Source of the DNA: Paraspadella gotoi | Taxonomy: Eukaryota; Animalia; Chaetognatha | Assembly (NCBI GenBank): GCA_051294375.1 | Contig: CM119270.1 | Coordinates: forward strand, 13,013,117 to 13,077,116 | Direction: 5' to 3' | DNA: 64,000 nucleotides | Part shown: positions 1 to 11,762 of the stretch, one piece after another | Position numbering within the stretch: position 1 is the stretch's first letter | Layout of the letters: every line of letters starts with the position of its first letter | Translations under genes and position numbers: made by a program | Notes under the pieces: generated by a model | What the model was told of the DNA's origin: nothing | The model's input: only the letters and a program-made list of their open reading frames with translations | Databases searched by the model: none

Positions 1-102
1 GTTAAAAATGTTAGTTTTAACGGTTAAGCGAATTTCCTAAAAAATTAACGGTTATCGGAACTCTACTCAAACCAAATCAACCTTTCCTGCGTATTAATTC
101 AG

Positions 103-780
103 GCGGATCTGTGACGGCCGGCCTCGCGATTTACGACACGATGCAGTACGTCTTGCCTCCAGTGGCTACCTGGTGCGTCGGTCAAGCGTGCAGCATGGGA
201 TCCTTGCTACTTTGCGCTGGCACTTCGGGGATGAGATACAGGTTAAATTCAAGTTTCACTCATCACTATAAAACTTACATACTGTATAATAATATAATAA
301 TTTCTCTCTTATGCTTTGAAATCTTCGATTGCCTCTAGTCTTCCAAACGCGCGAATCATGATGCACCAACCCAGCGGTGGGGTTCAGGGTCAGGCCACTG
401 ATATCAAGATTCAGGCCGAGGAAATTATCAAGATGCGGTCTCAGCTTAATGACATATACCATAAGCATACAGGTTCGAGTCTTCACATGTAACTTCTAGT
501 AAAGAAAATGTAAACAGGCGCATCCTTTTTTGTAGTTTTTTGTTTCCCCTGTTGTCAGTAACAAACCGAAAATTTCAAAACACTGAAGTTATTGGTTTAA
601 ACTTTTCTTTTATTAGGTCAGCCGCTATCCATCCTGGAACCGGTCATGGAGCGCGATCGATTCATGAGTCCAGATCAGGCAAAAGAGTTTGGCCTGATCG
701 ACGTTGTTTTGCAGAGCCCCCCTAAAGTAGTGAACCCGCAGCAGGCGGAGGAGAAAGCAGGAGTTTCCTCCGGTCAATGA
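103..780 (+). CDS. CLPP: Mitochondrial ATP-dependent Clp protease proteolytic subunit, 3' part (spliced; 5' exons lie upstream of the window)
   Basis: Exons translate to [82 protein letters not shown], carrying the ClpP Ser/His motifs. GT-AG introns; stop TGA at 778-780. Confidence 0.95.
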
Positions 781-992
781 CTGTGATATTAAGGATGCCT
801 GTACGATCACCATGCCTCCTTACTGTTTTGCATTGGACACCGTGAATTACGTGGTTTTCGCACGGTTCCATGTTTTATTTCTTATTTTTTCATTTTAGTC
901 AGTTAACACAAGACAACCTTTGTTTGGACTTCTGTGCCTATTGTGTTATATTCACTATTCGGGGGGAAAACATTTTTAAAAAAACGTAAAAA

Positions 993-3308
993 ATGGGCAT
1001 GGCGACCAACGGCGAGTCGGGCAACGCGGCAGGGGAACCTGCCATCACTCCTGACCGTGCCCTCAAACTCAACGGACACGTCGGCTTCGATAGCCTTCCC
1101 GATCAACTCGTCAACAAATCTGTCGGCCAGGTTCTTTACTCGGCATTTGAGTGAGGAAGGATTACGGCAACAGCCGGGTTGCCTATGATGCCCATTGGGA
1201 TTGGGCATCTCACTGTTGGCTCTAGGGGCTTCCGACCCTCAGTGGCGCCGCCTGCCATTGGCGCAGTTACCCGAGGGCGGTCTCGCTTTGCGTCGTAAGG
1301 ACTGTGAATGGAACGTAACGCTTGGGATGGTGCGTTCCCCATCTGAGTCATTGGAATTGTCTTAACGATGTTGCATCTGAGGCGGTGTAAATATACCGCC
1401 GCAGGATCTTCATTCATCGCTGGTTTGTTTGCCTTCTAGGGATTCTCATTTAACATCCTCTGCATCGGAGAAACTGGGATTGGAAAATCGACCATGATGG
1501 ATACGTTGTAAGTTCATCCAAAAATTCCCTTCACTCTGAAATTTCCAACCAAATAGTAAACTCTTGTCGTAGCGTAATTCATTTCCATTTTTTTAATCCT
1601 CACATAGGTTCAACACGCAATTCGACTCAACTCCTTCCCAACACACTTTACCGGGAGTGGAGTTGAGGGTAAGTTATCCTTCCAATTCTTTGAAATTGTA
1701 TTGCAGAGTCAGTTTTACAAGAGAGCCTCATTTTCCACAGCCCCACACTTACGAACTTCGCGAAAGCAACGTTCGCCTTCGTTTAACCGTCGTCGATACA
1801 ATTGGCTACGGTGACCAGATCAACAAAGAGGATTGCTGGAAGCCGATCGTCGACTACATCGACGCCCAGTTCGAAGGTCTGTGGCTCTGCCGTGGCGGAA
1901 AATTTCTTTTCGACCCCTAGAGTTTCATCTTTGACATTTTTACATCTCCCTGCCAACAGCTTTCCTTCAAGAGGAGCTGAAGATCAAAAGGAGCCTCGAC
2001 ACTTACCACGACGGACGCATCCATGCTTGCCTCTACTTCATAGCGCCCACGGGTCATTCCCTCAAATCCTTGGATCTGATGACCATGAAAAAACTGGATT
2101 CCAAGGTAGGACAGTAGATTTTTTGTGACTGGAAACTGAAATAGATTATTCTCTTTTTTTTTTTGTAGGTCAACATCATTCCTGTAATTGCCAAAGCGGA
2201 CACCATTTCCAAATCCGAGTTGCATAATTTTAAACTAAAAGTGCGTATCGATGGGGGGGGAATACTATTAAAAGCTTTTAAACGCTGCTAAAGACTAATG
2301 GCGTTTCTTAATTTTAGATTATGAGCGAATTGAAATCAAACGGCGTCCAAATTTATCAATTCCCTACCGACGACGAGACCGTTGCCGATCTTAATGGCTC
2401 CATGAACAAGTAGGAAAAATAAGATTTGTTAAATTATGTATTATACATTACTATTTTGACGTAATCTTTTTTGCTATGAAGCCATTTGCCTTTTGCTGTG
2501 GTGGGCAGCACGGAAGAAGTTAAAATGGGCAACAAAATGGTCAAAGCCCGTCAATATCCTTGGGGAACCGTCCAAGGTAATTTTTTTTAAACATGAGGTT
2601 GAAATATATCTTTCTCATTTCTCTTAACCATCGCTGCATACTTCTGTCATCCCCTTTTCCAGTGGAAAATGAGAACCACTGCGACTTCGTCAAACTCCGC
2701 GAAATGCTCATCCGCACAAACATGGAGGATCTTCGAGAGCAGACGCATCAGAGACACTTCGAGCTCTACCGGCGCGACCGGCTGCAGGAGATGGGCTTCA
2801 GTGACTTGACTAACGAGGGAAGAGCCATTGGCTTGGGCGAGACGTTTGAGCAAAAGAGGAACGAGCACCTTCAAGTGAGCCCCTTTGAGAGTTTACAGGA
2901 AAGGGACACTTGTCTAATGTCTAGTTATATCTTGTGTATCGATCATTATTACAGGGACTTCAAAAAAAAGAGGATGAGATGAGACAGATGTTCGTCCAGA
3001 GGGTCAAAGAGAAAGAGTCTGAGTTAAAGGAGTCGGAGAAGGAACTGCACCAACGATTCGAAAGTCTCAAGAAGATGCACGCTGATGACAAGAAGAAGAT
3101 CGAGGTGAGTCGGTCGCGTCTTTCGATCCGAGTGACGTCAAACATCAAACGAAGACGTCCTTTTTTGTGGCAGGAAAAGAAAAAGTTGTTGGAGGAAGAG
3201 ATGCAGGCCTTTTACCGCAAGAGGGAGAATGAGAAGATGGCGCAGGAGGCGCAACGCCTGGCGATGCTGCAGGCGCAAACCATGACCGGAAAGAACAAGA
3301 AAAAATAA
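993..3308 (+). CDS. Septin, SEPT6/8/10/11 group (multi-exon)
   Basis: [35 protein letters not shown] (P-loop), [53 protein letters not shown], and a coiled coil [14 protein letters not shown]. Confidence 0.93.
1163..1403 (-). mobile_element. 241-bp twister-ribozyme-containing element, copy 1 (septin intron 1, antisense to host)
   Basis: Homologous to 21615-21812 and 25875-26115. Flanked by direct repeat GGAT (1159-1162, 1404-1407). Minus-strand ends are TGCGGC...GCCGTA. Removing it shrinks the 309-bp intron (1131-1439) to a typical 64 bp. Confidence 0.88.
1214..1292 (-). ncRNA. Twister ribozyme fold, type-P5 permutation (copy 1)
   Basis: Minus strand reads AAA GCGA GA CCG CCCUCGGG U^AA CUGC GC CAAUGGC-loop-GCCACUG AGGG UCGGAAGC CCCU AGA GCCAACA. 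Core UAA, GC/AAGC (T2), CGG/CCG (T1) and the GA with the general-base G (1282) are present. P5 is degenerate in this copy. Predicted cleavage between 1269 and 1268. Confidence 0.75.
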
Positions 3309-4093
3309 AAACGAACGTTTTCAGGGACGTTTTAGGGGTTTGCCAAAAAAATATGCCGTCGCACGAATATATTTGCCAACGTATCAATCAGTCGTTTGAT
3401 AATGAGATACGTTTGGATGTTGAGGGGTGAAAAAAGCGCGAGATTTTTGTTACTTAAACATATTATTTTAATTCCAAATTATTAATTACTTTATTAAGTT
3501 TATTCTAACTTATTTAATTATTTAGCTCTGCTATGAAAGACATCTTAGACCATAAGTATTTTTACGAAATTAGCAAGATCTGAAAAAATTTAGTCGTCAA
3601 AATCTCTGATTTACTAAATAATTAATTGTTTATCTTTTTGCATGTCACCATAGTTCTATATTTATACAGAGTTCCGCATGTAGATGATTTTAATAAATAT
3701 CTAGTCGAAATTTTGATAGGATTAGGTGTCAACGGTACTCCTATTTTAACAGCCCGCCTTAGTTATTGTGATTTTACGTTTAGTTAATATCCGTCTCTCG
3801 TACATGGTATGTATACTTAGATTTTAGGTTTGTCATGATGTTAAAAACAATAAAAATAGTTTTTTGTCAAAAAACGTTACGGTATCTCTTCTAATTCGAG
3901 TCTTTGTTTAAATAAAGCAATTTAAAACGTTCTTTGTTCAAGTGTTCAGTTTAGATTGAAATTTGTTTAACATTGCCAAAAACTGTCCTTTTTTCCTTTA
4001 CTATTTAACATTTTTTACACGTTTTAAAGTTTTCAGCGTTCTATTTTCGATATATTTTTGTAGATTAGTGATAATTTGACAATACTCTCGGCG

Positions 4094-6206
4094 ATGCGGC
4101 GAAAGCGCGGAAAAGCGGCAAAGAAGGCGAGGCAGGCGATGACGGTGGCTGAGCCCGAGGACCTCGTGAAAGCTCCTCACTCATTCGTGTTTCATCGCGG
4201 TATCTTTTGTTAAAATATAATACCTTATAGCTATGTACGTATGTATGATATGAACTTAACCAACACTTTCGTTTTTTTGACAGGACAAGTTTCGACGAAC
4301 TTGAAAAACCTCATCACTGATTTCAGAAAAGTATTGGAGCCCTTTACGGCTGCGAATTTGAGAGCGAGCGAGAAGAACAGTCTTAAGGTTCGGAATTTAC
4401 CACTTGCCATTTGCCAGACTCTCACTGTGGCGTTGGTTTTTCGGATAACGAAATTTTAAGATTAATTCCGCCACTCTCATTTATTTTCCCTCATCAGGAT
4501 TTCGTTTCTATTGCTGGTCCTCTGAACGTTAGTCACTTTCTCATGGTGAGCTCATCCTCTTCCTCTGCTAACATGCGGATCATGCGACTGGCAAGGGGCC
4601 CCACCATGTCGTTCCGGATAGTCAATTACACTTTATCAAAGGTTAAATCTTAGTGGCGTCGCTTCACTTATACTGCTTTTAAATTGTTACTCATAGACTT
4701 GCATTTTCTTTTCAGGATGTGATCTCAGCCCAGAAACGTCCGAACGTCAACACCAAGCTCTTTGCTCATCACCCTCTTCTTGTCCTCAATGGATTTGGCG
4801 AGCAGAATGGTCAACCTCCGCCTAATCATTTGAAGCTCATGGCTACTATGTTTCAAAATATGTTTCCTGCTATCAACATTAACAAGTAAAGCTAATTGCT
4901 ATTTACCAACCGAAAGGCAAGCTTTCTACTTTAACTTTTTTTCTTTCTCAGAATGAGAGTGGCCAACGTTCGTCGATGTCTATTGATTCGCTACGATCCG
5001 GAATCAGAAAAGATCTACCTCCGCCATTATTCCATCAAAGCCGTTCCCGTTGGTAAGTTACGAAAAAAGTAATTAGAGTAGTTGCTTTTGTTTTTTTCTT
5101 TTTCCCGTGCATTTTTTTTTTTCAGGGGTATCTCGTCGCGTCCGAAGGATGATCCAAACTCGTCTTCCAGACATGTCGGGTTTCAACGACATCGGGGATT
5201 ATCTTCTGAACAAGGGTTGGTCATGTTATAAATATGTTGTTTCTTGATAATATTTGGTACTTCGTTAAAACGGCCAATTTGAATTACCTTTTCTTTAAAG
5301 GCGCGATCAGTTCTGAGTCGGAAGGAGAGATGGACGGAGAACACAACCAAATCCAACTCCCAGACAACATGCCCGGACGGGGAAACATGAAAGAACACCA
5401 GTCGGCCATCCGTCTGCACGAGTTGGGTCCGCGACTCACGTTGCAGCTCGTCAAAGTAAGGGGCAGTCTTTTACTTCGTCAGATATAGCGAAAAGCGAGA
5501 CGATAATACGTACATCTTTCATGATAGGTGGAAGAAGGCCTCTGCGACGGCCGCGTCGTCTATCACTCGTTTATCTCAAAGTCTCCCGAAGAATTGGCCA
5601 CCTTGGAGTCGAGACTGAAGGAACGGCAGAAGCTAAAGGAGACGCGGCAGAAGCAGCAAAAGGCGAATGTCGGTAGGTCTTGCTTATTTAATTATATAAT
5701 TAATTACTCCTATTTAGTTTTAATTCTACACCCATTGAAAAGCGGAAAAGAAGAAGCGGCGAGAGGAACACAAGACTAAATGCTTGGAAGGCATGAAGTC
5801 TAACGAGAACGACATGGGCGTCGCGAACGACGAGGTGGAAGAAGAGAAGGACGAGGACCTGACTAGCGACGAAGACGACGCGGAATACTACAGGTTAATC
5901 GTATGGAAGATCTTCGGCGCAAAGCAGCACGTAAACCAAAAATATATTTTCAGGAATGAGATTGGCGAGGAACCGGAAGCTGGTTCTTTCTCGGCTCCTG
6001 GCGCGAAACGGCGGAGAAAGAAGAGCGCCTCCTCTCTCGAGATTCCTAAGCGGTTCAAAAAGTCGAAGCCGGTCGGCGACAGACAGGCCGGAAAGGCGGG
6101 ACGCCCCGCCGATGGCCGAGCCGGAAGAACTGTCAGATTCGCTGGAGACGCTCGGAAAAAAAATATGAAAAAGCCGGGATTCAAAAAATATCCCGGTCGG
6201 ACGTAA
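4094..6206 (+). CDS. PPAN: Peter pan / suppressor of SWI4 1 (Brix-domain ribosome biogenesis protein)
   Basis: KAPHSFVFHRG, DFRKVLEPFTAANL, DFVSIAGPLNVSHF, RLARGPTMSF, PLLVLNGF, MFQNMFPAIN, QSAIRLHELGPRLTLQLVKVEEGLCDG, and an acidic DDAEYYR tail. Confidence 0.93.
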
Positions 6207-6312
6207 AAAAATATATAGTTTTGCGTCATTGTTGTTGTTTGTGTGCCTTTAAATCGAAAATCGTTTTTACTGTTTTTCCAGAGGAAAAATAATTTAAAGA
6301 AAGAAGGGGAAA

Positions 6313-7339
6313 ATGACTGAAGACGACGACTGGAGCGTGAATCTGCGGAGGAAAGGCGGGTTTTATCAAGACGCCGATTGGTGACCAAATTCTTGTTTGA
6401 ACTCGAAATACGGTTTTTCCCTATTATTATCTTTCCGAGAAACCGGGTTCTTTAGGTACGCACTACAATTGACGCGAAAAATGCCGCTGGTGACTAAGAT
6501 GCTGAAGGAGCTAACGTTCGCCCTTCCTCCTTTGAAGGAGGGTAGAGTCTGCGACTTGGCCGCCGGAAACGGCAACGCCGCCGTTCAAGTGAAAACTGCT
6601 TATCCGAGGTTGCCTTTCATCGTGTCTTGCCTTATAGAGGATGTAAAAACATGATCTGAAAGCGATAAGTTTGTTGTCGTCTTGGCAGAGTGGCGGTCAG
6701 CGTCGTGGAGCAGTGTCCCTATCGAATCGAACAGTGCAGGAAAAGATTGGAGGAAGCGGGATTTAGCTTATTTGCCGAATATCAGCATAAAATCGTCTTG
6801 AATACGGGAGGTGCCATTGGAGAAGTGGCTGACAAAGCTATACCGGGTATTCGTTGATGGCCTCTGTTATTGCCCTACTTGTTGGTTTATATTTAATAAT
6901 AAATCGAAACACTTATTTCTTTTGTTTTAATATTTTTCACGCTTTTTACGGAATTTTGTTGTCATTGGTACGCGATGGTATCGCAGGTTCTCCATATGAC
7001 GCCGTCGTGGGTTCTTTGGCCCTTCACACCCTCGTTGGACATGACGCTGATCAGTCTCTTATTAGAGACAGATATTGCAAAGTCTTTTCGCTGGTTTTTG
7101 ATTCTCTCAAACCCGGGGGGCATTTTATTTTCGGAGATCACGTAGAGCTTCTTCCACTTTACAGGTCCTTTACTTTCCTTTTTGATACTGAGGGATAGAA
7201 ACTATTTTGTTTTTTAGCCTAATATAAAAAATCCAGACAACTCCGCCTCATGGAAGATGTTGGCTTTATGTCCATTGACGTCGCTTGGCGCGAAGATGCA
7301 TATTTCGTGGCGGGAGGCCGAAAACCCAAGGCTGTTTAG
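6313..7339 (+). CDS. Class I SAM-dependent methyltransferase of unknown substrate (multi-exon)
   Basis: Motif I RVCDLAAGNG, YDAVVGSLALHTL and VFDSLKPGGHFIFGD. GT-AG introns; ends ...YFVAGGRKPKAV-stop. Confidence 0.78.
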
Positions 7340-7688
7340 TCCTGGCGCTGATTGGTTTTGATGTGGTTAATTCGTCCGGTTCTTTGCATTTTTTAATTTC
7401 TTAATTTCTTTCTTTGATATACTCAATGGAAAGTTCGATGTTTCGATAAATTTGATAAACACAATTATACAATTTAGTCATGACATTTTTATACAATTTT
7501 TTATCCCTTTGCGGAATTATCGATCGCGAAATAGTCAATATATTGACTGAAACGAAAATAAGTGATTCAAATTTACACAAATATGTACAATTGTACATAT
7601 TCAGGAAATTTGATCCTAGGTCTCTCCGACCCGTAGTGCCCCGCGTCTCTCAATAAAAATTGAACTTGAAACTCAAAAAACAGTTGAA

Positions 7689-10600
7689 ATGAGCGAAGTT
7701 CAACCAGAGGATCCCAAATTAGATGTCGTCAGGGCGCTTTTAAAGGAGGACGATATAAAGGTGAATCGGTAGTGCACAACAAAAATTTAAATGCTTTTTT
7801 TTTACCGTAAGTAAACCGTAAATTTAAGCCACTCAAATTGACGTAGTTATGGCTCCCGCCTTACACGAATGAAGAAACGAATGAGGGCCACTTTCCGCCG
7901 GAACTGGTGGAGAAAATTTCGAAGGGCATCAATCTTCCCCCAAACGAAGTAAGAAAATGAGAAGATTAAAATTGCCTTAACGAGGACCGCGACAATCCAA
8001 CAATAAAAATATGAAATTGTTTTAATTCGCCAAACCCTCTGTGAATGTTTCAGGTCATTGCGCGACTTGAGTATCTTCGTCAAAACGCCCTCGAACGTCT
8101 CACGGCCCAATCGGTTTTTAAAGAAACCGGTAGGTTGTCCGATTATTACAGCGGCAAAAAAAAAAAAAAAAAAAAACCCGATTAATTTCGATCGTCCCTT
8201 ATCCGCTTTGACCGTTAGGCGTCGCTACGTTCAAGGTCAAAGTAGGCGGGAAAAGGAGGTCCGACGACGACCGACCAAAAACCTTCAAGTAGGAACTATG
8301 ATAACTTAAAAAGTACGTATCTCGAGCGATGCCTGAGCAATTTTTCTTCGACGCAGCGTAAACCTCTCTCTATCCGAGACCGGGCGCGCCCTCCGGCAAA
8401 AAGTCATCGAGGGCCTTCATACGGCGCCGTCCACATCTTCTGCGTCTTCCTCCTCCGTCCGCGTCATTTGTCGAGGTAAAGTTATCAACGACGAGGATCC
8501 CATTCAAGCGCAAGGCTTGAGAAACGGCGCCGTGCTCATGGTTCTAGTCTCCGTTGGGGAGGAGGTAAGACTTCCAAAGATTTGTAAACGAACGAAAGCC
8601 CCCATGATTTGTTGCAATGTTTTTTTGTCCGCTGCGGCGCTGTAGGGAATATCTCAAGAAGAAAAGAAACAAATAGGCGTTCGACAAGTGACGCGGGCGG
8701 CGGAGATTTTGTCCTCAGTCAACGATTTCGATGACCTCGACCTCCAAGCCTCCAACCTCAGCATCACCGATCAGAATGGGAAGCCTCTCAACCTCCCGCA
8801 TCAGGAGAAAAAGAGTTTGATTCAAGGTCACTAGAAAATAATTTAAAATATTTGTGGCGAATCGATGGATTCGCCAACTTCTTCCAAACGGCGCCAAGGC
8901 CCACATATTTAAGGAAACTAAAATAAAATTAGACAAAGATATTTTTATTATCATATTTTTTAGAGATTATATATTTTTTATTATTAGGTATTCAGTAAAA
9001 ATAAGTACGTAAATAGTAAATTATTTAATCAACGATTGCAAAAGTAATACAAAAGTAAACTTTATGATAATCAACGAAGACGTAGTGAACGGGCACGATC
9101 GACGATAAAACGATTACTGAATATTCCCAGTCAACGATGGGTCTTCACACTCAGACATCACTAGTCTCTAGATATTTCATTTGCAAAAATACGAAAATAA
9201 TTGAATGCACCCTTGCCGTCAGGGATGGCGTTAAACGACAAGGCGAAGCAATTTTTGAAAAGACGCGACTACGAACTCGCTCTGCCTCTGCTCATCGAAG
9301 CGGACAGATGCTTCTCTCGCTGCTCCGAGGGGATTCTCAAACGTGTCGACAATTATGCCCTATTGCATCTTGACGTGGCTTGGTGCTATCTGTGTTTAAG
9401 GTGAGCAGAGTCCTTTGAGTTAAGCTTAACTAGATTTTTTAACAAACATTCGGTCCATTCAGTAACATCGGCGATTTGCCCGACGCGGAGCAACGGCTGG
9501 AGAAATGTGAAGAATGCTTCCTTCAGAGTTATGGTGATACACCCCTTTCCAATTCCCCAATTTCTCAATCTTCTCCACAATTTTCCCCTTTGCTCTCGGT
9601 CAGGCAGAGACCTCTCCAGGGCGGCGAACCTAAAAGGCGAAGTGCTCACCACCAAAGTGCTCATTGGCCGACTCCATCTCCTCCAAGGCATTCTCGCTTT
9701 CCACCGAGGCAAACTTCATCGTTCCAAGGAGCTCTTGGCCAGCGCCGAGGAAGAGGTGATGATAGAGAGGCAGCCTGATCTTGCTAATTTGTTTTTGTAA
9801 ATGTTTATTAATTTATATGCAGCTCAATTCCCTCATCGTGACCCCGGATTTAATTGGCAAGTTGTTGATGATGGGATTTAGCGAACAGGTTGAACATTAT
9901 TTCAAACATTTTTAAGCTATCTTTAAGTACATTTTTGAATTGTCAAACGAAATTGCTGTTTGTGGTTGTTCAGGAAGCGCGCCTTGGTCTCCGTGCCTGC
10001 AGCAATAACGAGAATGCTGCCATTGATTGGATCATGAGACGTCGAGAAGAGAGGAAGAAAACGCGAGATAACGAGAAGAGGCGAAAGCGGATTGGAAAAA
10101 CAATTAGCGGAAAGGACGTCAATATCAGGTCCGATTAAAAATACTTTATGGACTCAACTGACTTAACAATCTTTGTTTCTCATTCTGGTACAGCATGTTG
10201 GATCAATTGTTGGAGATGGGATTTCCGGAGCAGCTCGCGGAGGCGGCGCTTCGGCAAACCGACAATAGCCTGGTAAATGGGATTGATGAAGGCTGGAGTT
10301 AAAGTTGAAGAGTTTGAAGAGAGTACAAATTCAAACCACGCTGTCGTTTTGTTGTTTTTTTTCATATACATTATGTATATGTATGTATATATGTATATAT
10401 ATTGTATATGTATTATGTAGTTTATCTTTCTCGCTCTGTCCTCCCAGATCCAAGCCATCCACCTGATCGAAACTGAGCCGGAACTCCTTATCGAAAGCAC
10501 GGCGACAAACGACCCGACCGAACACGAATCTGGTCCGGATTATGAAGTCACCGATGAGGTATAATAATGTAATGTGTGGTCTTCTTCTTTCCCTCGAACT

Positions 10601-11037
10601 GACTTTTGTCTTCTTTCAGATGGTGCACCAGGTTTCAGCTCTGGGCTTTGACTGGGACCAGGCTCTTTCTGTGCTTAACGATTGTCGAGGAAACGTGGAA
10701 AGAGCCGTACAGGTGAGCACTGAGCAGCCGCCAATCCTCAATGAAGTTGTCCTTTCTGGACGTCATCCTCATCTTTCCTCGCTGACAGGTCCTTCTCGGT
10801 AACGCCAGCCCACCTTCGACGTCGTCTTCCTCTTCGTCTTCTTCCCCTCCTTCTTCAACCAATGAGGCCCCCTTGCGGCGGAAGAAAAAGAAGAAAAAAA
10901 TCAGCGAAGACGAGCGCGACGCCCTCAACGATCTCGTTAACGATCTCGAGTTCGACGACGACAAAATTGACGACCACCTCGATTTGGCTCTCGACGAAGA
11001 GATGGAATTTCTAGGAAAATACAAAAGCCTATTTTGA
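7689..11037 (+). CDS. NUB1: NEDD8 ultimate buster 1 (Ubl + UBA domains)
   Basis: IKLWLPPYT N-terminus, Ubl-like VRVICRGKVI, LSITDQNGKPLNLP, ILKRVDNYALLHLDVAWCYLCL, RLHLLQGILAFH, UBA repeats (LLMMGFSEQEARLGLRAC, LLEMGF), and a C-terminal DDHLDLALDEEMEFLGKYKSL. Confidence 0.9.
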
Positions 11038-11249
11038 ACAAATCACCAGTAGAATTTGTTTCTTTTTCGTTTCCTGAATTATGCGCATTTTAGACGGAAT
11101 GTTAATTTATTTCTATATACCTATTTAGCTTAATACTAATACGTACTAGCTTAGTTTGTAAATAAAGCAGTTCTTAGTCTAACTTTTTTCTATATCCAAT
11201 TCTATGTCCAACTTTATACGGGTGTCTGTATATCGCTCAGAATTTTATC

Positions 11250-11549
11250 ATGTCCATTTTGTCCGATTCTTACGAACCCTCCGTCCTCGATTTCGAACGC
11301 CATCTTTTCCGCTGCCAGTCTCTGCACGGAAGATTCAATCAAATCTACGTTTACGGCGAATTTTTGGACTGCTCCGGCTTGAGGCGATGCTTGGGCATCT
11401 ACCGAGCAGAGACACCTCGCGACGAGACTATCGTGGCCGACTGTCGTCGCCAACTTCGTCCGAAGATCCCCTTAGAGATGGAGGGGAAACGCAATGTAGA
11501 GCCGGTGTGGAGGCCGCGCGATAGCCCTCCTGATAATTGGCCGAGGTGA
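11250..11549 (+). CDS. C22orf39/UPF0545 (DUF3128)-like small protein
   Basis: Single ORF of 99 aa with CQSLHGRFNQIYVYGEFLDC and a C-terminal VWRPRDSPPDNW, both motifs typical of this family. Confidence 0.72.
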   Translation: MSILSDSYEPSVLDFERHLFRCQSLHGRFNQIYVYGEFLDCSGLRRCLGIYRAETPRDETIVADCRRQLRPKIPLEMEGKRNVEPVWRPRDSPPDNWPR

Positions 11550-11762
11550 AGCGAAGGGTCAGGAGTGTTCGAAAGATATAAATGTCTGTTCGGTGTTGTA
11601 TTTGTATGCAATATATTCATTGGCTAAGGGGTTGAAACTGTTTTCGAAACACTTGTCAAATTGCCATTTCGTAGTCTTTTTTCTTTACTATCATTTTGTA
11701 CGCCTTTTCGTCAACATAGTAGAAGCCTTGTGCGTAAAAGAGAAACTAATAAAAGCGGGAAA

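Noticed and set aside
1-65. Possible transposon end (TTAACGGTTA twice, ending CGGAACTCTA) in a CLPP intron
   Set aside because: Only one end is inside the window, so neither TIR nor TSD can be verified.
1136-1417. Similar short ORFs (..VRCPIPMGI(I/T)GNPAVA..) at 1136-1417, 21681-21875 and 25770-26114 as a protein family
   Set aside because: They are translations of the repeated twister element. Starts and stops are not conserved, and the substitutions follow RNA pairing rather than codons.
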